Positions 7,879 to 16,506 of a DNA stretch of 64,000 nucleotides are shown piece after piece. The notes under the pieces were generated by a model. The model had not been told where the DNA came from. It ran no database searches and saw nothing but the letters and a program-made list of their open reading frames with translations. The DNA is taken from the IMG/VR virus record IMGVR_UViG_3300042564_002819, positions 62,001 through 126,000 of that record, one strand, 5' to 3'. A program made the position numbers and the translations under genes. Positions within the stretch are counted from its first letter, which is position 1; every line of letters starts with the position of its first letter.

Positions 7879-10432
7879 ACTGTTCCTTTAACCAATTAAA
7901 GTCGTTAATTTTTTTCAAAGTTTCGATGCTGTCTTTATTTCTTGCACCAAAAAGTGCACCAAATTTAGCACCATCTATTGCATATTTGCCAAACGGTCTA
8001 TCTTTGCCTGTTGTACACCATGTTTGCAATCTGTTTTGCGTTTCTGTATCTTTTTGCCTATCGATAATTTTACTGCTTAATTTAGTGCATTCTCTAAAAG
8101 CACTTTTCCAAGTATTAAACGGGTCTGTGTTAAATCCTGTGACATTAGAGATTTCTTGCACTGCTTTAAACTTGCTGCTAATGCTAGTTGTCATATCAGG
8201 CTTTGATGTATCCATATTAATAGTTAGTTCTGTAGGAAATAGTTTTATGCCGCCGTATCCATATACAAGATCATTAATCGGATTTACAGATCGCCATACA
8301 TGCACCATTTCTTTATCCCAACGAGGAACTTGATAATCAAATTTAAAATTAGATTCTACAAGTGCGTCGCCGTCGACAATCCAAAACATATCAGTTGAAC
8401 ATAGTTTAGCTGCCTCTATATGTGCCTGATGAATTCCTTTAACTCCGTGAACACGCTTTGCTCTAGGAAATCTGGCTATCAAATATTTGTAATACTCGTC
8501 TGCGTTGGGTTCTTGATAACTAATAAAAACAATGTCGTATAGTGCAGGTGTTGATATAACCACGTTGACTTCTTTTTTATGAGCAATAAATCTATAATCT
8601 AATTCTCTTTTACTGAATTTTGCCTGTTTACTGCAAAGAAGAATACCGTCATTGTACTTTCCATTTAAATATGCATGATTTATTGTTCTGTCATACGTAT
8701 TATCATGCGTAAAATATGTGTCGTATTTAAATCGTGTTGTTGGATTTACATAACTAGGAATAATCCAAAACATTTCAGTTTTAGAATTTTCAAGTGCATA
8801 CAAGTATTCGTCATAAGTGTCAACATTAAACTTTTCGTATTGTACAGGACCACTTGCTACAACAGGCCATTCTTTTCGGTTAAGTATAAACTTATGATTA
8901 ATTTCTTTTTCAGAAATTTTTCTATTTTTACTAAACAAGAAAACACCGTTATAATAGTCTTTATCATTTACTCGATGTATAAACGAATGATTTGTTGTTC
9001 TGTCATATTCGTTATCATGAGTAAAATAGATGTTAAACAAAAAGTTATCATCTATTTTTATATTATTGCTTGTACCCCAAAACATTTCAGTTTTAGAATT
9101 TTCAAGTGCATACAAGTATTCATCATACGTATCTATATTAAATCTGTCATATTGCACAGGACCACTTGCTACAATGGGCCATTCTTTTCTATTTACAATA
9201 AACCTATGTTCTATTTCTCGTTGAGTAAGTTTCTTATTTTTAGATAGTAAAAACACACCATTATATAAGTCATTGCCATCAACACGGTGTATAAAAGCGT
9301 GATTTATTGTTCTGTCATATTCGTTGTCATGAGTAAAGTATACATCAAAATCGAAAGAACTAAAGTCAATGTTATTACTAGTACCCCAGAACATTTCAGT
9401 TTTAGAATTTTCAAGTGCATACAAGTATTCGTTATAAGTGTCAACATTAAACTTTTCGTACTGTATAGGTCCACTTGCTACAATGGGCCATTCTTTTCTA
9501 TTAATAATAAATCTATGTTCTATTTCTTTTTTTGTCAAAACACAATGCTTACTACATAAGAAAACTCCATTGTATAAGTCTTGGTCTTTAACTCTGTGTA
9601 TAAAAGCGTGATTTGTCTTAGAGTCATAATTATCATGAGAAACATATATACGGTTTAACACACTGTCGTCAACACAAATGTTTCTCGACAACATCCAAAA
9701 CATATCAGTATTAGAATTTTTAAGTGCATACAAATATTCATCATACGTATCTATATTAAATTTGTCATATTGCACAGGACCACTTGCTACAATGGGCCAT
9801 TCTTTTCTATTAATAATAAATCTATGTTCTATTTCTTTTTTTGTTAAAGGTCTGTTTTTACTACAAAGAAATATTCCGTTATAGTAATCTGTTCCGTCAA
9901 CGCGGTGTATAAAAGCATGATTTTCATTTCTGTCATAGCTGTTATGATGAGAAATATAAAAATTGATTATTAGTTCGTTATTTTCTTTTACATTTCTTGA
10001 CAACATCCAAAACATTTCAGTTTTAGAATTTTCAAGTGCATACAAATATTCGTCGTAAGTGTCAATATAAAACTTGTCGTATTGTATCGGACTACTAGCT
10101 TTTATATCGACTTCTTTTTTATTAATAAAAAATCTATGAGAGATTTCTTTATTTGATATGTTAGAATTTTTTGGAACTAAACAAATTCCGTCGTAGTCTG
10201 TTCCGTTTAAAAAAACATGAATGTAATCTTTACTCCATTCATCTGGAGTATAAGAAAAATCAAAACTTTCTAATACATCACAGTCGTCCCAAATTACCCA
10301 AAACATTTCAGTCATAGAAATGTTTTGTGCTTGTCGAAAATCCACTGCTACTTTTGCTATAGGAAAACGAGCTTTTATTTTTTTAAAGTTTTCATTTGAA
10401 AACTTTTGTTTAATGTAAATTATGTCATACAT
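7859..10432 (-). CDS. Multi-repeat glycosyltransferase-like protein (tandem degenerate GT-A-like units plus an intact C-terminal DGD domain)
   Basis: C-terminal DIVFISYQEPNA...HGVKG..AH..AAK...FWIVDGD is paralogous to 27367..28299; it is preceded by internal ~103-aa repeats. Confidence 0.7.
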   Translation of the reverse strand: MYDIIYIKQKFSNENFKKIKARFPIAKVAVDFRQAQNISMTEMFWVIWDDCDVLESFDFSYTPDEWSKDYIHVFLNGTDYDGICLVPKNSNISNKEISHRFFINKKEVDIKASSPIQYDKFYIDTYDEYLYALENSKTEMFWMLSRNVKENNELIINFYISHHNSYDRNENHAFIHRVDGTDYYNGIFLCSKNRPLTKKEIEHRFIINRKEWPIVASGPVQYDKFNIDTYDEYLYALKNSNTDMFWMLSRNICVDDSVLNRIYVSHDNYDSKTNHAFIHRVKDQDLYNGVFLCSKHCVLTKKEIEHRFIINRKEWPIVASGPIQYEKFNVDTYNEYLYALENSKTEMFWGTSNNIDFSSFDFDVYFTHDNEYDRTINHAFIHRVDGNDLYNGVFLLSKNKKLTQREIEHRFIVNRKEWPIVASGPVQYDRFNIDTYDEYLYALENSKTEMFWGTSNNIKIDDNFLFNIYFTHDNEYDRTTNHSFIHRVNDKDYYNGVFLFSKNRKISEKEINHKFILNRKEWPVVASGPVQYEKFNVDTYDEYLYALENSKTEMFWIIPSYVNPTTRFKYDTYFTHDNTYDRTINHAYLNGKYNDGILLCSKQAKFSKRELDYRFIAHKKEVNVVISTPALYDIVFISYQEPNADEYYKYLIARFPRAKRVHGVKGIHQAHIEAAKLCSTDMFWIVDGDALVESNFKFDYQVPRWDKEMVHVWRSVNPINDLVYGYGGIKLFPTELTINMDTSKPDMTTSISSKFKAVQEISNVTGFNTDPFNTWKSAFRECTKLSSKIIDRQKDTETQNRLQTWCTTGKDRPFGKYAIDGAKFGALFGARNKDSIETLKKINDFNWLKEQFDARNI
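8543..10084 (-). repeat. Five intragenic tandem repeats of about 300-312 bp (~103 aa)
   Basis: Recurring QYD/EKF..DTYDEYLYALENSKTEMFW...HRF..NRKEWPIVASGP; near-identical DNA blocks such as catttcagttttagaattttcaagtgcatacaa near 8771, 9083, 9392 and 10013. Confidence 0.92.
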
Positions 10433-10435
10433 AAA

Positions 10436-11962
10436 TCACCAATTGTAACGAGAATCTAGAAATATGCTAGCAAATTCCGGAAATGTGTCAATAAAGTTTG
10501 TGCCGCGACGCTGATCGTGTTGCAATACATATTTTACAAAATTTATTTTATTTATATGCATTTCGTTGGGTGAAATATTTGACCTATCTCGAAAAATATC
10601 TAAATTTCTTTCTGCTTTTGCTATTTCAAAATCGTAAAATCCTGCAAAGTTAGATACGTCGGAATTTTTTTTCATAAAGTCAATTCCTTCTTCAAGGTAT
10701 GAAGAAAATTCTAACGGAAGCACATTCATGTTTTGCCATGCAGGATTTCTTAAAATAGGAATGTCAAACCAAATTCTTTGTCTGGGATGAATTTCGTAAT
10801 CCGGATGAGTATAATACGGATCATATATTGGTATGAATTGTATGCCCTGCTTGTCTTTGCTAAATTCCGTTCTTAAATCGAGTATATATTGTAAGTAATC
10901 CTTAAATTTAGGAAAACTTAATGCATTAAATGTATTAATAAATGTAACTGTAGTATTCTTAGTTTCATTTAAAAATCTACTAACGTTTTCTTGCATATAA
11001 GAATAGTTTAAACCTGTACGAATATACTCCGCTTGGGTTCCTACCGAGTCAACACTTACAAATAATGCAAGATTTTTTAGTGCCATATTTACATACCAAT
11101 GATTGTTAGCACCCGGGTTAAAGCGTTCTTTGTCTTCCCATATTTGTATTTCCTCGAGTTTCTTAATTTTTTCTATAAACTTGTCCATTAACTCAGGCTT
11201 TGGAGGAGAAAAATTACTAGTGATACTTAACTCTAACCAAGTGTTAGGATTTTCATATATGTAATCTAAAACTTTAAAAGTATTTGCATCCATAAGAGGC
11301 TCACCGCCTGTAATTCTAAACACTTCTAATTTTTTATATAACTCAGGCCACCATTTCCAAAAAGCAGATATATAAGGATTTTCCGATTGTTTTGATTTTA
11401 AAGGCATTAACCCTGCAGATGCAAGGGCATCTAAATTGTTATGCCCAACTTCATTATTGTTAATATCTAAAATTTTAAACTCGCCTAACTTTTTAACTTC
11501 GTCTTCCCACTCAGTGCTTAAATGCGGAGAACAATACATGCATTTTAAATTACATGCTTGATTAAAGTTAACTTCCATATATCTAGGATTTATGTTACTA
11601 GTGTCAAGAGAATCTATAATATCACTGCGAGAATTTTGTGCCCAATATTCTCCTGATCGATATATCCTGTCACTTCTATTTCCAGAATCTTCAATTTTCC
11701 AGCAATACGAGCATCCTGCCGGTCTTTCGCCTTTGAGCATTAAAGATCGTTCTGCTTTTTTTTCTTGTGTATTATGAAGAGCACTAGGATTTTTTTCTAT
11801 TTCAGGAATACTTATTTTATGTAACGGCGGATGATAGCAGCTATGTGTTGTTCCATTGGTTAAGTGCATCGACACTTGTGCCCATTTAGCATAACACATT
11901 GTTTTACTTATTTTTTTAAGTTGATTTTCGGCTATATCTGCAGATTGGTTATAATCACTCAT
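10436..11962 (-). CDS. Radical SAM protein with N-terminal Twitch domain (CxAKW/HSCYHP subtype)
   Basis: CYAKW...HSCYHP...CSYCW, then CNLKCMYC and TGGEP. Confidence 0.9.
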   Translation of the reverse strand: MSDYNQSADIAENQLKKISKTMCYAKWAQVSMHLTNGTTHSCYHPPLHKISIPEIEKNPSALHNTQEKKAERSLMLKGERPAGCSYCWKIEDSGNRSDRIYRSGEYWAQNSRSDIIDSLDTSNINPRYMEVNFNQACNLKCMYCSPHLSTEWEDEVKKLGEFKILDINNNEVGHNNLDALASAGLMPLKSKQSENPYISAFWKWWPELYKKLEVFRITGGEPLMDANTFKVLDYIYENPNTWLELSITSNFSPPKPELMDKFIEKIKKLEEIQIWEDKERFNPGANNHWYVNMALKNLALFVSVDSVGTQAEYIRTGLNYSYMQENVSRFLNETKNTTVTFINTFNALSFPKFKDYLQYILDLRTEFSKDKQGIQFIPIYDPYYTHPDYEIHPRQRIWFDIPILRNPAWQNMNVLPLEFSSYLEEGIDFMKKNSDVSNFAGFYDFEIAKAERNLDIFRDRSNISPNEMHINKINFVKYVLQHDQRRGTNFIDTFPEFASIFLDSRYNW

Positions 11963-11980
11963 AGGTAATCCTTTTTTACA

Positions 11981-12008
11981 ATTATAACTAATTTATTAAA
12001 AATGTCAA
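11981..12008 (-). promoter_or_regulatory. Sigma70-type promoter TTGACA-N16-TATAAT
   Basis: Perfect consensus hexamers on the minus strand (-35 at 12008-12003, -10 at 11986-11981), followed by SD AAGGA and ATG at 11962. Confidence 0.8.
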
Positions 12009-12850
12009 GCGTTAGGGTATTTTTCTTTAATAAAATTTGCTAGTTCTTCTGCTATTACTTTATATCCATCAACATTAGGATGAATACAATTGGTTAAATG
12101 TTTCTTTGGATAATCTAAATTGCTGTAATGGTTATAGTATTGCGGCTGCATTTCATCTGAAAGCCAGTTATCTTTTCTAACTAATAATTCTACAAATGTC
12201 TTATAATCTCTAAAATTGTGTATATAACATGACCAATCTACTTTATTTGCTAATTTGTCGCAATGCTCATATAAAAAGTCTTTGCCACGGTCATCAAATG
12301 CGTTTGCTAAAACAAATTTTAAATTGTTGGCTTTACAAAAAGTTTGCACTTCTAAAATATTACATAAAGTTTCGATTGCAGTTGCATCCTCGGCATAAAC
12401 TTGTCTTGTGTATATATCCCATAATTTACTGTTGCCTAGGTGCGGCCACACTGTTTGAAAATTATAATGACCTGCATCTTTAGTATCACTTTTATAACAA
12501 ATTTTAGTATTTTTCCAAGAATCTCTAAAAAAATCAAATCGTTCATACCCACTCATCATGAACACTACAATTCCGTTTTCAACTTTTGAAAAATCTATAT
12601 TTGTAAGATACAGACTTCTTGCACTGCCTCTATTTCCTATGCCGCGTTGTCCGAGATTGTAAGGAATGTATTCTGACAAATAATCTCTACATAATACATT
12701 AACCCAACTATTTCTGTGTTCGTGTTCTATAAGATGATAACTTTTGTGCATTGGAAGATTAATTTTTCCATTGTATTCTTTCCAGATCTCTTCTGGATAA
12801 CCGCCTTCGCCTTGTGTCCAACTACATCCTAAGCCAAATAAAACATTCAT
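12005..12850 (-). CDS. SGNH/GDSL-hydrolase-like protein (possible O-acyl transferase/esterase)
   Basis: Block I-like GCSWTQG, NLGQRGIGN, and C-terminal IHPN..GYK.IA. Confidence 0.6.
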   Translation of the reverse strand: MNVLFGLGCSWTQGEGGYPEEIWKEYNGKINLPMHKSYHLIEHEHRNSWVNVLCRDYLSEYIPYNLGQRGIGNRGSARSLYLTNIDFSKVENGIVVFMMSGYERFDFFRDSWKNTKICYKSDTKDAGHYNFQTVWPHLGNSKLWDIYTRQVYAEDATAIETLCNILEVQTFCKANNLKFVLANAFDDRGKDFLYEHCDKLANKVDWSCYIHNFRDYKTFVELLVRKDNWLSDEMQPQYYNHYSNLDYPKKHLTNCIHPNVDGYKVIAEELANFIKEKYPNA

Positions 12851-13890
12851 TATCTAAAATCCTCGTATTTGTCATCACGTACAGTATCTAATGTAACACA
12901 GTGTGGGCCACCGCTTAATGTTCTTGCATGTCGCATTTGTACTGGCATTACATCAAAACCACGTGACTCTAATTGTTTGATTAAAGGAATTTGATTTTTT
13001 TCAACTGCAACTAAATTTTCGCTAATACTTAGCACATTCATACTTAACCAAGGACTTGCAGGAGCCCAGTGATCTATAAATGGTGTAGGAATTGGATCTT
13101 CTGCCCAAATTTTATCCCAAGATTTAAAATAGGCAGGAATGTTATTATTGTTAACTCTGCTCGGATTTAACAATACCTTTCCTGGAGCCAAAGGTAATAT
13201 TGTTGTATCGACATGAACATAAGCATATATGTTATCCATAATATGTACATTATATTTTTCACCCAATGTTGATTGTAACCATTGAGATCCTAATTTATTA
13301 CCAGAATTTGAAACAAGATAAAAAATGTCTCGACCGCATTTAATAACGTTGGCTGCGTCGAACGCAATTTCGTATTCGGTTAAAGTAGGTTTAGACAAAT
13401 CTGATCTGTCATAAAGGTCATCTAACAGTTCAGGTTTTGGAGCAGATATCCATCTGCTACCTTTAGAAAAGTATTCCTTAAAAAGTTTTCTATAACCTAA
13501 GGTTTCAAAGTATCTAGATCTTAACGGCATCGGAGTTTCTATTAGCATATCTCCAATTACTAAAACACTATCTCTAGGACAATACATGTAGTATCCATCA
13601 GACGTCCAGTCCGGTGTTGCACATAGCAACCCTAAGTTTTTTATTTCAGGACGATGAACTGTAACATTAACAGATTCTAATTGTTTTTGAAATGCATCTA
13701 AATCTTCTACAGTTTCGTCTATAACTTGTTCAGGGTATTTTCCTGCTGGCAATCCGGAAACTGTATCGTAATTTGCATAGTCAACACAATGAATGTCATG
13801 TTTTTTTGTTTTAGGTATTTGTGCATTTTCTGCCCGACCTAATATTACTTCTTTTAGAGTTCCCCATTCTGTGTTCGAGTTAACTTTCAT
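12850..13890 (-). CDS. Amidinotransferase (glycine / inosamine-phosphate amidinotransferase family)
   Basis: VNSNTEWGTLKEVILG, YCPRD, and catalytic-type FDAAN (Asp), HVDTT (His), GGPHC (Cys). Confidence 0.9.
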   Translation of the reverse strand: MKVNSNTEWGTLKEVILGRAENAQIPKTKKHDIHCVDYANYDTVSGLPAGKYPEQVIDETVEDLDAFQKQLESVNVTVHRPEIKNLGLLCATPDWTSDGYYMYCPRDSVLVIGDMLIETPMPLRSRYFETLGYRKLFKEYFSKGSRWISAPKPELLDDLYDRSDLSKPTLTEYEIAFDAANVIKCGRDIFYLVSNSGNKLGSQWLQSTLGEKYNVHIMDNIYAYVHVDTTILPLAPGKVLLNPSRVNNNNIPAYFKSWDKIWAEDPIPTPFIDHWAPASPWLSMNVLSISENLVAVEKNQIPLIKQLESRGFDVMPVQMRHARTLSGGPHCVTLDTVRDDKYEDFR

Positions 13891-14536
13891 ATATTCTGTA
13901 AGGCCAAAAGACCTTTTGCTCCTTTAAATCTTTATAGGTTAAGTTACTGCCGGTATCTGGATTTTCATCAGGTAGATTTTCTAAAAGTAATAATCCCGAA
14001 GCTGCTTCTTCCGGAGTCATGTACATGTGATAACCAATACATTCATAATCGTCCTCGTCGTGCTTAACGTATTTGTGACGACCATCGTAAATCATTGGTC
14101 TGCACCAATTTATAAAATCATAATCGTCGGTTAAAATGACACCACCTTTTCCTATTTTAAGAGTTTTTCTATGATGGAAACTAACACAGTAATAAGAACC
14201 TTTTACATACATGCCTCTTTTAAACCTAGTAGCACCATCTATAATAGGGGTAGGTTCTAAGTAATATTCTCCACTCCATTCTTTTTCAACAAATTTAATC
14301 CTATTTCCTGCATGTATTATTTGCATAGGTGTACTTGCGTAAGTATGCGAAGGTATGCTAATTATTTGATTTTTTATGCCTAAGTATTTCATACAAAGAA
14401 ACATAGCATTTGAACAACTGTCAACACAAACAGCGTATTTTGATCCTGCATATTCTGCTAATTTGTTTTCAAAAAGTGTTACTGCATCCCAAGGATCGTT
14501 AATTTCATATCCTTTATTTTTCAGTTGGGATATCAT
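13880..14536 (-). CDS. Short DegT/DnrJ/EryC1/StrS-family PLP aminotransferase
   Basis: FENKLAEYAGSKYAVCVDSCSNA, IIDGA, SFHHRKTLKIGKGG. Likely start ATG 14536 after GGGGA (ORF track starts at 14608). Confidence 0.8.
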   Translation of the reverse strand: MISQLKNKGYEINDPWDAVTLFENKLAEYAGSKYAVCVDSCSNAMFLCMKYLGIKNQIISIPSHTYASTPMQIIHAGNRIKFVEKEWSGEYYLEPTPIIDGATRFKRGMYVKGSYYCVSFHHRKTLKIGKGGVILTDDYDFINWCRPMIYDGRHKYVKHDEDDYECIGYHMYMTPEEAASGLLLLENLPDENPDTGSNLTYKDLKEQKVFWPYRIYES

Positions 14537-15254
14537 AAGGTTCCCCTGTTTCTTCGTCAAACCAATAAAGGCTTCTATGAGGCAAGTCTTTTGAATCGTA
14601 TGCTGCATTGCTTACATAAAAGAAAAGTCTAAATGCATTTCTTGTTATTCCTTCAGGGCATGTTAACGGATCTGGAAATCCATGAAATCCTTTTTTATGG
14701 TGTCTCCATAATACTGCTCTGTTGAATAGCGGAGGTACTCTTTGTATTATATTTTTATTTTGAAAATCATTAAACTGTAAGTGGCCGCCCCACTCATCTT
14801 TCCAGTCACTATTTAAATATATAATAAACGAAAGCATACGATGAACTTTCATTGTATCGTTCCAATTAAAGTCAGTATGTATTTTTAACGACGACCCGGT
14901 TTTAATTTTGCTATATCCGGCTCCAACTAAGTAAGGGTCCGGAATTAAATCTTTAATCCCAGTTATTTCTGTAAGCCATTTCATAAATTGTTGACTATGA
15001 AACTGATTTACAAAATTTTCTGCTACAGGTGCAACATCCATGTTTATACATTCTTTCATGCTGCTACCGCGTCTAGTAAATTCTGTCCAATAATAATCTG
15101 GAATATTATTGCATTCTTTTTCTAAATCGTAGGCTAACTCTAGTGGAAGAAAGTCGTCAAGCACAATCATAGGAAATGGAGGAGTGCCTACAAATGTGTC
15201 ATTTAATTTTTTAGTATTGTTAAATTTTGTTCTAACGTGATCGATTAATTTCAT
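14514..15254 (-). CDS. 2OG-Fe(II) oxygenase
   Basis: PFPMIVLDDFL, HTD (HxD), YLN..W..EWGG.L, distal HGF and Arg. Confidence 0.85.
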   Translation of the reverse strand: MKLIDHVRTKFNNTKKLNDTFVGTPPFPMIVLDDFLPLELAYDLEKECNNIPDYYWTEFTRRGSSMKECINMDVAPVAENFVNQFHSQQFMKWLTEITGIKDLIPDPYLVGAGYSKIKTGSSLKIHTDFNWNDTMKVHRMLSFIIYLNSDWKDEWGGHLQFNDFQNKNIIQRVPPLFNRAVLWRHHKKGFHGFPDPLTCPEGITRNAFRLFFYVSNAAYDSKDLPHRSLYWFDEETGEPYDIPTEK

Positions 15255-15267
15255 CTTAGTACTTTCT

Positions 15268-16506
15268 TTAATATGCGTTGTTAAACCAATGGTCAGGTGG
15301 ATTATTTAATAATAAATTATCAAAATCTTTATTAAATTTTTTGTATGTTATACCCGACTTTATATTAGCTAGTCTATTCATAACAACATTATAATTATGA
15401 GTTGTTTCAGGAATAGTTTTGTAAATAATTTTTTTAAATTCGTTGTCGGACATTCTGTTAAGATGATCTACTTGGTTATGAATATGATAAATTCTTTCCC
15501 ACGCTGTATTTAGTGTATCGTATGATTCATCAAAAACATTAGAAAATGTCTTAAACCCATGTTGACGTGTACGAGATAAATGATTTTCTGTTGCATATAC
15601 AAAAAATGGATGTCTATACATCATAGATTTATAAGTTTTTTCTGTACATTGAAAATGAGATGAGATGTCATAGTTGTTTGTTTCTACTAATAAACTCATA
15701 GCAGAATTTATAAATGCATCTTGAAGTGTATTAGAAATAAATTGTTGCCCTGGCGGTATTTCTTTAGACTCATTTTCTAAGAGACACGGCATAGATCTTA
15801 CAATTTCTGTTTTTTCGTCGTTCCAGTATTCGTTTAATTCATTTCCCCAGATAGGATTTTTTGCAGATATATCAGCTATGCTATTTTTAAAAATAGTATC
15901 AATTTCTTCTAAAGAATAGTATTGGCGAGGTTCTATTCTATTATCAGCATATATATTTTTAACATTAAAAAATGAATAATAAGAATTGTTTAATATTCCT
16001 CGGCGTCGTAAATCAACAAATGATACAAGTCTTGTGTTATGCCAATTTCTACTTAAAAATAGAAAACGTTTTTTAAATTTTTTAGTTAAAAATTCATGTA
16101 ATACAATTAGTAAAGGTCCCGGTACTATAGCAAAATTTATGTTTGTTTTTATTATACTTTTTATTAAATCTACATCATGCTCAGAATGAGCCATTACTAG
16201 TATCTTTTCTTCAGAAATTTGATTTATTTCTATCCATTTTTTTAATTTTTCAATAGTGTAAATTGACGTGCCATCAGAGAAATTTACTAAAAATAATGCA
16301 TTTAATTTTTTAAATCTTTCGTCATTAAACAACGAATCATTGGCTACTTTATGTTCTTCTAAATAAACAACCTTTTTTAAAGAACTCGAATCTTTAACAA
16401 ATTTTTTAAAATCGTATATTATTTCTACTTTTTCCATGTCAAAGTGTCGCTGAAACGGAGGAGTTGCCTCCGAAGCTAACACTGTATAGAATAAGTATTC
16501 TTTCAT
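15268..16506 (-). CDS. Hypothetical protein of the EKT-motif family (putative GT10-like glycosyltransferase)
   Basis: VET...CTEKTYK...HPFF...GFKTF...DESYD shared with three other genes in the cluster. Confidence 0.55.
   Translation of the reverse strand: MKEYLFYTVLASEATPPFQRHFDMEKVEIIYDFKKFVKDSSSLKKVVYLEEHKVANDSLFNDERFKKLNALFLVNFSDGTSIYTIEKLKKWIEINQISEEKILVMAHSEHDVDLIKSIIKTNINFAIVPGPLLIVLHEFLTKKFKKRFLFLSRNWHNTRLVSFVDLRRRGILNNSYYSFFNVKNIYADNRIEPRQYYSLEEIDTIFKNSIADISAKNPIWGNELNEYWNDEKTEIVRSMPCLLENESKEIPPGQQFISNTLQDAFINSAMSLLVETNNYDISSHFQCTEKTYKSMMYRHPFFVYATENHLSRTRQHGFKTFSNVFDESYDTLNTAWERIYHIHNQVDHLNRMSDNEFKKIIYKTIPETTHNYNVVMNRLANIKSGITYKKFNKDFDNLLLNNPPDHWFNNAY

Noticed and set aside
8543-10084. 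Repeat array as a CRISPR array or DGR template/variable repeat
   Set aside because: Units are about 310 bp, in frame and protein-coding, with no repeat-spacer structure and no reverse transcriptase or cas gene in the window.
549-11962. Classical RiPP cluster interpretation of the rSAM array
   Set aside because: No clear precursor peptide, RRE/PqqD domain, peptidase or exporter is visible, and the context is dominated by sugar enzymes. Kept only as a minor possibility for the 75-aa ORF.
14514-15254. TET/JBP-type DNA base oxygenase
   Set aside because: The motif layout matches the prolyl-hydroxylase-like 2OG family, and no DNA methyltransferase or nucleotide hydroxymethylase is adjacent.
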